Origin: Smithellaceae bacterium
Lineage (GTDB): Bacteria > Desulfobacterota > Syntrophia > Syntrophales > Smithellaceae
Direction of reading: 5' to 3'
Assembly: GCA_963667845.2 (NCBI GenBank)
Contig: CAXXVL010000001.1
Span: forward strand, 288,001-352,000
DNA length: 64,000 bases
Shown here: positions 38,510 to 46,627 of the stretch, one piece after another
Layout: each line of letters starts with the position of its first letter
Numbering within the stretch: the stretch's first letter is position 1
Translations under genes and position numbers: made by a program
The notes under the pieces: model-generated
What the model saw: the letters and a program-made list of their open reading frames with translations, nothing else
Told to the model about the DNA's origin: nothing
Database searches by the model: none

Positions 38510-39331
38510 ATGAAGGATTACGGTATCCATCTCGAGCGGCCCGGACGCATCGCCGTCGTTACTTTCGACCGGCCGGAAAAACAAAATGCCTTTGACGGGC
38601 ACATGTGGGATTGTCTGGATCAGGTTGTCGGCGAACTTGCCGCTAATCTGCCGCGGGTGGTCATCCTGACCGGTCGCGGCGACAAGGCCTTCTCCGCCGG
38701 ATTCGATGTGAATCCGGAGAATCCGTTACTAACACCACTCATCGCCGCGATGGAAAACCGCGACAAGGCACCCGCTTATGACCTCATTCGCCGCATCAGA
38801 ACCAGCGTCGACCGTCTGGTTTCCCTGCCGGTCCCCGTCATCGCCGCCATTAACGGACTGGCTTACGGGGGCGGCGCGGAGATTGCCTCGCGCTGTGACA
38901 TGCGTGTCCTGGATCCGGGCGCCGTCATCTGCTTCTCCGAGGCGCGCCTGGGACTCATGCCGGACCACGGCGGCTTGGTCGGGCTCACGCGCCTTATCGG
39001 TGCGTCGCGGGCCTGCGACCTCATCCTCACCGCACGCAAAGTGAGCGCCCAAGAGGCTTTTGGGCTCGGCTTCGCCAACCGCGTCAGTGCGCCGGGCAAA
39101 GCGCTCGACGAGGCTCTGTCCCTGGCCCGGGCCATCGCCCAAAACGGCCCTCGTGCCGTCCGCCATGCCTTGTCCGTCATCAGGAAAATTGACGACCTGA
39201 CAACGCGAGAAGCTCTGGAGATGGAGACCCAAGAAGCGGTCAGTCTCATTGCCAGCGGTGAGAGCATCCATGGGGTTTCCGCTTTTCTCACTAGGCAGAC
39301 ACCCGAGTTCCCGGAGCCCGAAGATTCCTGA
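38510..39331 (+). CDS. Enoyl-CoA hydratase/isomerase family protein
   Basis: RPEK.NA, AFSAG.D, AAING.AYGGG.E....CD.R, E..LG..P..GG. Confidence 0.92.
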   Translation: MKDYGIHLERPGRIAVVTFDRPEKQNAFDGHMWDCLDQVVGELAANLPRVVILTGRGDKAFSAGFDVNPENPLLTPLIAAMENRDKAPAYDLIRRIRTSVDRLVSLPVPVIAAINGLAYGGGAEIASRCDMRVLDPGAVICFSEARLGLMPDHGGLVGLTRLIGASRACDLILTARKVSAQEAFGLGFANRVSAPGKALDEALSLARAIAQNGPRAVRHALSVIRKIDDLTTREALEMETQEAVSLIASGESIHGVSAFLTRQTPEFPEPEDS

Positions 39332-39474
39332 GTGCGGCGGCGGATTTATTGCAGGACCGCTCAGCGTCAGATCGGTGTTGCCGAAACGAAACGGGATGCG
39401 ATTGTCGCTTTGCTAAACAGTCATCGGGGTCAACCAGCCCTGATGATGCAATAACCAGAAAGGAGGAAAAGACA

Positions 39475-40182
39475 ATGGGGGAAGCAACTCTTTTGGACAA
39501 TGCCTTTCATGTGATCATGAAGCGCATGGTGGAAACGGGACAGGCGCCGTTCTATACCGAACTGGCGCAGGACCTCGGCCTTTCCGTGGAGGAGGGAAGA
39601 AAAGCGCTCCATGATCTCTTTGCGGCCGGTATTGCGGGCTGGCTTTATCCGCAAACCGACCACATCGTCTCTTTTGCGCCGTTTAACAATCTTCCGACGC
39701 ATTACCGGATTACGGTGGACGGCCGGCAGAAATGGTTCGGCCAGTGAGGGTTTGAATCGCTGGCGGTCTGCTGGCTATTCCCCGGTAAAACGGTCCGCAT
39801 CGATTTTCCCTGCCTGGATTGCGGCGAGCCTCTCAGCGTCTCGATGCGCGACGGACAACTTCTCAACAGCGAAGCTGCGGGATTGACGGCTTACGTGGCC
39901 GTTCCCTTCTGGAAATGGTTTGAAAACATGGGACATGCCTGAAGCACGATGAATCTCTTCCGGTCGGAAGAGCATATTCGCAACTGGGCTTCGTTTGCCC
40001 CGGGCAGCGATGAAGGCATTACGCCGCTCCCGGACATGATCAAACTTTTTTCGGGGCCATATTTCCGTCGCCGCCTGGATCCTGATTACGTCTCGCACAT
40101 GTTTGAATACGCCGCAGAGATGATCCAGACCCTGAAGGAGATCGGCAAAACAGGACCTTTCTGGAAGCGCGCCAAACGGTGA
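39475..40182 (+). CDS. MerB (alkylmercury lyase)-like selenoprotein, 235 aa, with two in-frame TGA read as Sec (U91, U156)
   Basis: SD AGGAGG at 39461; one frame through TGA 39745 and TGA 39940. KWFGQ-U-GFES matches MerB LYAW-C96-ALD99 and HA-U-STMNLFRS matches SF-C159-CHVHFFAS. A SECIS-like hairpin follows each TGA. Confidence 0.88.
39754..39780 (+). promoter_or_regulatory. SECIS-like hairpin 1
   Basis: TGA + 11 nt + GCTGGC-GGTCT-GCTGGC (stem includes G-U pairs), closed by GAAT/ATTC. Confidence 0.72.
39951..39979 (+). promoter_or_regulatory. SECIS-like hairpin 2
   Basis: TGA + 12 nt + perfect CTCTTCC-GGTC-GGAAGAG, closed by GAAT/ATTC. Confidence 0.85.
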
Positions 40183-40483
40183 GTCTTTCCGGCGACCGTG
40201 AGGCTGTCTTTCCTTTACATTGTGCGAGTAAGACGTCTCGATATCCCGCAGGGGAAAGCCGGTCGAGGTTCAATACACTGCTGCGACGGCGCGATGCGGG
40301 GCAAGCCTTTACTCGCGGTACATCCTGTGCTAGATGTTCTCTCCGTGAAAGCGGGATGGTTTTTCATTACCTGGCGATGAGCCCGAACGCTTCAGGAACT
40401 CACCCGGCGATGCTTGATTCCGGATTCCGCCAGGTGATGATGTGCCGGAATGACCAGATGATGGGACTGAAAGGAAAAAGATA

Positions 40484-41257
40484 TTGAATATTGCGGCGAT
40501 CGCTTCCGGCAGCAACGGCAACTGCTACTACCTGGAAAATGACGGCGAGGCGATCCTCGTCGATGCCGGGATCAGCGCCCGGCAGATCGCCGAAAGGATG
40601 GCGAGGCTTGGTCTTCCCATGTCGGGGGTGCGGGGCGTGTTCATAACGCATGAGCATTCGGATCATATCCGCGGCCTCGATGTTCTGACCCGGAAATATG
40701 CGCTTCCGGTATTCATGACCCGCAAAACATATGCATCCTACGGCAAGGTGATCAAAGAGTCGCTCCTGAACTTTTTCTCGCCGGGCGGGCTCGTTGAGCT
40801 TCGCAGCTTATCTGTTCTTCCCTTTCTGAAATCTCATGACGCCGTCGAGCCCTGCGGCATGTCCGTTTCCTCCGGAGGCCGGATGGTATCCGTGATGACG
40901 GATATGGGGCTCACCTGCATGAACGCCGCCGGGCACCTCGCGAATGCCGACGCCGTCTTTCTGGAGTCCAACTACGACGAACAGATGCTACGAACCGGTT
41001 TTTATCCTCCGTACCTGAAGAAAAGGATAGCCTCCGACGTGGGCCATCTCTCCAACATGCAGGCGGCGAGGCTTACCCTGGAGCATGCGTCGCCGCGGCT
41101 CAGGCACGTGTTTTTATCGCATCTGTCGGCAAACAACAACACGCCGGAGCTGGCGCTCGCGACATTCAATCATCTCCTGCGCACGCGAGACGACCTCGAC
41201 GTGAAGGTGACGCTGACATCCCGTGAGAGAGAAACCGGCCTTGTCGCTCTCGATTGA
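40484..41257 (+). CDS. MBL-fold hydrolase (YycJ/WalJ-like)
   Basis: ASGS.GN, THEHSDH, SHDA, TD.G, LESNYD..ML..G.YP..LK.RI....GHLSN, HLS..NN.P. Confidence 0.92.
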   Translation: MNIAAIASGSNGNCYYLENDGEAILVDAGISARQIAERMARLGLPMSGVRGVFITHEHSDHIRGLDVLTRKYALPVFMTRKTYASYGKVIKESLLNFFSPGGLVELRSLSVLPFLKSHDAVEPCGMSVSSGGRMVSVMTDMGLTCMNAAGHLANADAVFLESNYDEQMLRTGFYPPYLKKRIASDVGHLSNMQAARLTLEHASPRLRHVFLSHLSANNNTPELALATFNHLLRTRDDLDVKVTLTSRERETGLVALD

Positions 41258-41345
41258 GAAACCTGCCTCTTCCCGGTGATCTCCCGTCAATTTTAATGAT
41301 TTTGTAATGCGCAGATGTTGAGATTATTTTCAGCGTATCCGGAAT

Positions 41346-41376
41346 ACGTGCAGGGAAGGTGAGCTTCCCTGCACGT
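41346..41376. terminator. Perfect 13-bp hairpin between convergent genes
   Basis: ACGTGCAGGGAAG-GTGAG-CTTCCCTGCACGT. Confidence 0.6.
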
Positions 41377-41414
41377 CCGGCGAATAACCCGTATGCCGCT
41401 GCAAATCCGTTTTT

Positions 41415-42266
41415 CTATTGCTTGACCAATTCGACGCGGCGGTTTTTTGCCCGGCCGGCGTCGGTGTCATTGGATGCGACCGGAGCGAACTGACCGCAGC
41501 CATAGGCTCTGAGGCGTGACGAGGCGATGCCGTTATTCTTCACCAGTTCCAGAACGACGGCCTCGGCGCGGCCCTGCGAGAGTTTTATATTGCTCTCAAT
41601 GCCGCCCACATTGTCCGTATGCCCCACGACGTGGATCTTAAGGCCGGGGTCTGATTTCAAAAGTTTGGCGATCTCGGCTACGGCCTTAGCCGATTCCGGT
41701 TTGATGTTGGATTTTCCCGTATCGAAGTAGATGCCGTAAACCGCGGCATGGCCCGTCGTCCGGATATCATTGGAAAAGGCCTGCGCATCGGCAACCACAT
41801 CCTGGGCCATCTCTTTCTTCTGGATAATGGTGTACCCGTGCTTGCCGGTAAAGTCGGCCCACACTTCCACCCAGATTTCGTTGCCGTCTTTGGTCAGTTT
41901 GTAAACCTGCCGCTTCTTGTCGGTCGTTCCGATGAGTGTTCCGCCCTGTTTCCGGATGGCATTTTCAAAGTTGCGGAAAATCTGCAGTTCACTCGGTTTT
42001 GATTTCATATCGGCCTGCGGGTAATACCGGACCATCCAGAGCTCGCCCTCCACGCGAATGGTTTGTGTGACTTTGCTTTTTTCGACAATTTTGAAATCTA
42101 CGCCGTCAAACTGCTTGTGATCGCAGCCGTGAATCCAGTATCCGGGCATCCGGGTAAACATCGGATGATCCTGACATTTGACATTGTCCTTCTGCTCGGC
42201 GTAAGCGTTCACGGCGAGCAGGCAAAGCAGGAGCATTGCAGCAATCGTTGAGATCTTCTTCATCAT
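41415..42266 (-). CDS. OmpA-family protein
   Basis: Signal peptide; DHP.F.R.PG N-terminal domain; IYFDTGK, VGHTD.VG....N..LS..RA.AV, GRAKNRRVELV. Confidence 0.93.
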   Translation of the reverse strand: MMKKISTIAAMLLLCLLAVNAYAEQKDNVKCQDHPMFTRMPGYWIHGCDHKQFDGVDFKIVEKSKVTQTIRVEGELWMVRYYPQADMKSKPSELQIFRNFENAIRKQGGTLIGTTDKKRQVYKLTKDGNEIWVEVWADFTGKHGYTIIQKKEMAQDVVADAQAFSNDIRTTGHAAVYGIYFDTGKSNIKPESAKAVAEIAKLLKSDPGLKIHVVGHTDNVGGIESNIKLSQGRAEAVVLELVKNNGIASSRLRAYGCGQFAPVASNDTDAGRAKNRRVELVKQ

Positions 42267-42390
42267 TTTCCTCCTCAGATTTATAATTGGAATAAAATAG
42301 CCCCGGGACAGCTCCGGCCGTGCCAAAGCCTCGGCCGCCTCCCGGATATCACAATATCAGCGGCTTTCGCCACTTGTCTTCTTCATCATT

Positions 42391-42675
42391 TTATTCTTGA
42401 TCATCGGGCACCGACCAGCAATCACGCCAGTCTGAAGAAACAGCGCCTTCCGACTCACAGGTCTTAACGCATTCTTCGTAAAAGGCCGTGCAAAGTCTTC
42501 TGTCGGGATTCAAATTGAAACAGATTAACTTTTTGTTTGTGCAGCAGTCCAGGCACTTACTTATTAGTGCGCCGGAGTCTTCCTCCGCGGCAGGGATGGC
42601 GAAAGAAGAAGCCGTCAGGAAGAACAAGACGAGTACAAAGCTCAAAATACGAGGAACCACTCTCCGCTTTTTCAT
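42391..42675 (-). CDS. Small exported Cys-rich protein
   Basis: Signal peptide; 8 Cys in the mature part; SD GGGGGTG. Confidence 0.65.
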   Translation of the reverse strand: MKKRRVVPRILSFVLVLFFLTASSFAIPAAEEDSGALISKCLDCCTNKKLICFNLNPDRRLCTAFYEECVKTCESEGAVSSDWRDCWSVPDDQE

Positions 42676-42891
42676 GACGTCACCCCCCTTTAAATAGCGT
42701 GCCTGCAGTTTACCCTTCCGGAAAAAGTATGTCCACCAAAATTGCTGCCCGCTTAAGTTCCCGGCGAAGAATAATAAATACTGCAGATCCTCCTTGATTT
42801 TGAAAATTAATTGATGATATCAATTATCCATACGCAAATTCATGATGTAAAGCTTTTTTGCCTGTAAGCCGAAACGGAACACGGAGGTCGC

Positions 42892-43635
42892 ATGATGGAC
42901 ATACTGATTTGGTTAATTATTGCCTTTGTGTTTGCTCCCATGATCATTGGACCGTTTCTGGTCAAATTCTCCCACTGGGTTTCGGCAAGGGCCGATATCG
43001 GCCTGATTGCGCCTGCGGCGCTCGCTCCGGACGTCCGGACGTTCATCGATCAGGCGAGGACTGAACTGGAAGTACTCGGTTTTCAGTTTGCCGGATATAT
43101 GGTCCTGGCCGACTACACGCCGAAAGTGACATCCTATTTCGGTCTGTTTCGAAACGATAAGAGCCTCACCGCGGCCATGGCCGCCGTTATCCAATCGGCC
43201 GCCGGTCAAACCATAAAATATTGCGAGTTCAGCACTAAGTATTCTAACGGCAGAACGATCGATGTCAATAACTCTCCGATGCAGGGAGGATACAAAAATC
43301 CGGATAAAATCGTCTATCGGTATCCGAAAATCGGATCTGTTAAGCAACTCTCCGATATCAACAGCTGGGTGACGAGCCGCGACGATAAGGGGGCAAACCC
43401 CGTCGGTCTGGTCAAAGGCCGGGAGAGGGAAATGGTTGCCGAGGCGCTGGACAGCGAAATCAGACTGCAGGTAAAATACGGGTATTACGCCCTTGATGCG
43501 AACGGCAAGCGATACAGGCTGACATGGAAAGGCGCGTTTGTCATGACGGAGCGGCAGGTTTTCCCATTCAAACAGATTCTTTCGTACATCAGTTTGCACA
43601 GTGCCGAAAAGGAGATAGCGGGGATGCCCCGCTGA
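42892..43635 (+). CDS. Hypothetical membrane-anchored protein
   Basis: SD GGAGG; N-terminal TM segment; YRLTWKGA motif. Confidence 0.75.
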   Translation: MMDILIWLIIAFVFAPMIIGPFLVKFSHWVSARADIGLIAPAALAPDVRTFIDQARTELEVLGFQFAGYMVLADYTPKVTSYFGLFRNDKSLTAAMAAVIQSAAGQTIKYCEFSTKYSNGRTIDVNNSPMQGGYKNPDKIVYRYPKIGSVKQLSDINSWVTSRDDKGANPVGLVKGREREMVAEALDSEIRLQVKYGYYALDANGKRYRLTWKGAFVMTERQVFPFKQILSYISLHSAEKEIAGMPR

Positions 43636-43703
43636 CGGATCTGGCCCTAAGGACTCTTCACCCCGGAAGGGTCGGGCAAAATAATGACGATCGGAGTGAT
43701 GCC

Positions 43704-44297
43704 ATGAAGCGTTGCTATTTGATTATTCTGCTGCTGCTACCGATACTCTCGGCAGCGGATAACATCAGGGAACGTCCTCTCCAATGGGCGCAGCCGGTGA
43801 TCAATACAACAATCAGCAACTGCTTCAAGGTGAGCGGTGATGTTTACCGGGCGGAACAGCCGGCACAAAAAGATATCCCCGATCTCAGGAAACTGAAGAT
43901 CCGGACGCTTTTGAATCTCCGAGAATATCACAGTGACGACGAAGTCTTTCGGCAAAGCGGTCTTAGCCTCTTGCATCTTCCGCTTGCCGCCGGATCACTT
44001 GCTCCATCCGATTTAATTTCCGCCCTGAAGATGCTGCGCGAAGCCGAAAAGCCCGTTCTCATCCATTGCTGGCATGGCTCCGACCGCACGGGATTTGTGG
44101 TGGCGGGCTACCGGATCGTTTTTCAGAACTGGACCCGGGAGGAGGCCATGGAGGAGCTCAGGCTGGGCGGGTTCGGCTATCACTCGGATGTTTATCCGAA
44201 CATCATCAAAACGCTGGGCGAGCTCGATGTCGAAGCCGTTCGGAAATCCGTGTTGAGTAACGCTTTGATGGAGACGAAGATCGAATTGACGCGGTGA
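43704..44297 (+). CDS. Exported dual-specificity/tyrosine phosphatase-family protein
   Basis: VYRAEQP, PVLIHCWHGSDRTG (CX5R). Confidence 0.9.
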   Translation: MKRCYLIILLLLPILSAADNIRERPLQWAQPVINTTISNCFKVSGDVYRAEQPAQKDIPDLRKLKIRTLLNLREYHSDDEVFRQSGLSLLHLPLAAGSLAPSDLISALKMLREAEKPVLIHCWHGSDRTGFVVAGYRIVFQNWTREEAMEELRLGGFGYHSDVYPNIIKTLGELDVEAVRKSVLSNALMETKIELTR

Positions 44298-44376
44298 AAC
44301 AATGTGTCACCGCAGTTCTGGTGCACACCGCCGCTTTTTTGCGGACGCTTAAGGATTGCTGATGGAGGACCCGCCC

Positions 44377-45189
44377 ATGCCTGTTATCAAAGTTAACGGC
44401 ATCAATATGTATTATGAGGTGAACGGAAAAGGGATTCCCCTCGTCCTCATTATGGGACTGAGGCGAAACCTGGAATGGTGGTACCGCCAGATTCGGGAAT
44501 TGTCGCAGCACTTCCGGGTGATCGCCTTCGACAACCGCGGCGCGGGGAGGTCGGACAAGCCGGAGATGGAATACTCCATTCGTCTGTTTGCCGATGATAC
44601 CGCCTCGCTGATGGATGCGCTGGGGATTCCAAGTGCCCACGTTCTGGGCGTATCCATGGGTGGCTACATTGCGCAGGAGCTGGCGCTTGCCTGTCCGGAC
44701 AAAGTGAAAAGCCTGATTCTGGGCTGCACCGGCGCAGGCGGCAACCGTGCGGTCCTGATGAGCGCAGAGCGGACAAAGAAATTTACGGCTAATGACGGCC
44801 TTACACCGGCCGAGATATTGCGCAAAGACATGGATATTTATTTTTCCGACGGCTTCATCGCGAACCATCCGGATCAAGTGGAGGAGTTCGTTAAAATATC
44901 TCTGAGGTATTACCAGCCCGCTGACGCCTTCCTGAGACAATTTTCCGCCTGCCGGAAACACGACACAGCGGGCCGCGTGGGCCGTCTCCGGATGCCGGTG
45001 CTGCTCTTAACCGGAGATGATGATTATCTTGTTCCGCATCAAAACACGCTGATCCTGAAAGAACTGCTGCCCGGAGCCAAACTGCACATTTTTCGCGGAC
45101 TGCGGCATGCTTTCTTTATTGAGGCGGCTGCTGCGTTTAACCGGAAGGTCATCGAATTTATCAACGGACAGGAAGGAACCCATTCATGA
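44377..45189 (+). CDS. Alpha/beta hydrolase
   Basis: FDNRG.G.S, GVSMGG, G..D..VP, late His. Confidence 0.92.
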   Translation: MPVIKVNGINMYYEVNGKGIPLVLIMGLRRNLEWWYRQIRELSQHFRVIAFDNRGAGRSDKPEMEYSIRLFADDTASLMDALGIPSAHVLGVSMGGYIAQELALACPDKVKSLILGCTGAGGNRAVLMSAERTKKFTANDGLTPAEILRKDMDIYFSDGFIANHPDQVEEFVKISLRYYQPADAFLRQFSACRKHDTAGRVGRLRMPVLLLTGDDDYLVPHQNTLILKELLPGAKLHIFRGLRHAFFIEAAAAFNRKVIEFINGQEGTHS

Positions 45190-46478
45190 ACTGGCAGGAC
45201 ATCTATCAGCGAAAGCTGACGACCGCGGCTGCGGCTGTAACGCATATCAAGTCCGGGGACAGAGTGGTAGTCGGCCACGCCTGCGGTTCTCCGGAGACCC
45301 TGATCAAGGCGATGGTCGAAAATAAGGAAGCGTACCGGGACGTCGAGATCGTTCACATGGTTTCGATGGGGCCCTCGGAGTATTGCCTTCCGGAAAACAG
45401 CGGACACTTTGTTCATAACTCGCTGTTTGCCGGACAGACAACGAGAAGGGCCATCAATGAAGGACGGGCCGTTTTCACCCCCTGCCATTTCAGCCTGATC
45501 CCCAAGTTGTTTGTCGAAAAGATTCTGCCTGTGGATGTGGTGCTCTGCATGCTTTCCATGCCGGACGAACACGGCTATTGCTCCTTCGGCATTTCCGTGG
45601 ACTATACAAAGCCTGCGGCCATGAGCGCAGGGCGGGTCATTGCGGAGGTGACGCCGCATATGCCCCGGACGCTCGGGCAATCGTTTATCCATGTGTCGCA
45701 GATTGATCAGATCGTGGAATGCGAATCGGCGCCGATCACAATGCCCGCTGCCCGGATCACGCCCGCCGATGAGGCGATCGGGCATTATTGTGCTGAGCTC
45801 ATCCATGACGGCGATTGCCTGCAGCTGGGAATCGGCGCCGTTCCGGACGCCGTCCTGGCTTCGCTTAAAGAAAAGAAGCACCTGGGCATTCACACGGAAA
45901 TGTTTTCCGACGGCATTGTGGACCTCGTCAACGAATCCGTCGTGGACTGCTCGCAGAAGAATTTCCATCCCGGCAAAATGATCGCCACTTTTTTCATGGG
46001 CACCCGCAAGCTTTACGATTTTGTCCACAACAACCCGCTGGTGGAGATGCACAGCGTGGACTACACCAACAACCCCGCCAACATTGCCCGAAACGACAAC
46101 ATGGTTTCGATCAACTCCGCTCTGGAGGTCGATCTGACCGGGCAGGTGGTTGCCGACACGATCGGTTACAGCCAGTACAGCGGAACAGGCGGACAGGCCG
46201 ATTTCGTCCGGGGCGCCGCCTGGTCGAAAGAAGGGCGTTCGATCATTGCCCTGTATTCGACGGCCTGCGAAGGAAAAGTCTCGCGCATATCTTCGCACAT
46301 TACCGAAGGCGCCGCTGTCGTGACCAACCGCGCCGACGTCCATTATGTCGTGACGGAATACGGCATTGCCGATCTGCGGGGCAAGTCCGTAACGGACAGG
46401 GCCAGGGCACTGATCGGCATTGCGCATCCTGATTTCCGGGATATGTTGAAACAGGACTTCCGGCTCAAAAAAAAGTAA
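45186..46478 (+). CDS. Acetyl-CoA hydrolase/4-hydroxybutyrate CoA-transferase family protein
   Basis: LQLGIG.VP, LGIHTEMFSDG, SINSA.EVDLTGQ, SG.GGQ.DF, VVTEYG.A.LRG. Confidence 0.95.
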   Translation: MNWQDIYQRKLTTAAAAVTHIKSGDRVVVGHACGSPETLIKAMVENKEAYRDVEIVHMVSMGPSEYCLPENSGHFVHNSLFAGQTTRRAINEGRAVFTPCHFSLIPKLFVEKILPVDVVLCMLSMPDEHGYCSFGISVDYTKPAAMSAGRVIAEVTPHMPRTLGQSFIHVSQIDQIVECESAPITMPAARITPADEAIGHYCAELIHDGDCLQLGIGAVPDAVLASLKEKKHLGIHTEMFSDGIVDLVNESVVDCSQKNFHPGKMIATFFMGTRKLYDFVHNNPLVEMHSVDYTNNPANIARNDNMVSINSALEVDLTGQVVADTIGYSQYSGTGGQADFVRGAAWSKEGRSIIALYSTACEGKVSRISSHITEGAAVVTNRADVHYVVTEYGIADLRGKSVTDRARALIGIAHPDFRDMLKQDFRLKKK

Positions 46479-46627
46479 AGGAAGGAAACGCAGCGGTAGA
46501 CCGCATCGCTGCAAGTGGTATGGATGCCGCACGCCGGGTTCAATCATCACGGAGGAAGGTGATTATCGGTTGTAAAGAAGCGGCCAGGCGATTATGAATT
46601 TTCATTAAATATGTCACGAGGTGTCGT

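Noticed and set aside
39349..40182. Reading the MerB-like locus as a pseudogene or as two small genes (132 aa and 77 aa)
   Set aside because: Both stops are TGA at catalytic Cys columns, the frame is unbroken, the middle segment keeps the MerB pattern, and each TGA has a SECIS-like hairpin.
40180..40380. Third read-through at TGA 40180 into the 60-aa ORF
   Set aside because: There is no GGTC hairpin, the domain is already complete, and the downstream peptide does not look like a real protein.
45039..46550. Long antisense or overlapping ORFs (for example 45039-46550, 47351-48424, 61051-62031, 4449-5408)
   Set aside because: They are shadows of well-supported genes in GC-rich DNA and carry no recognisable motifs.
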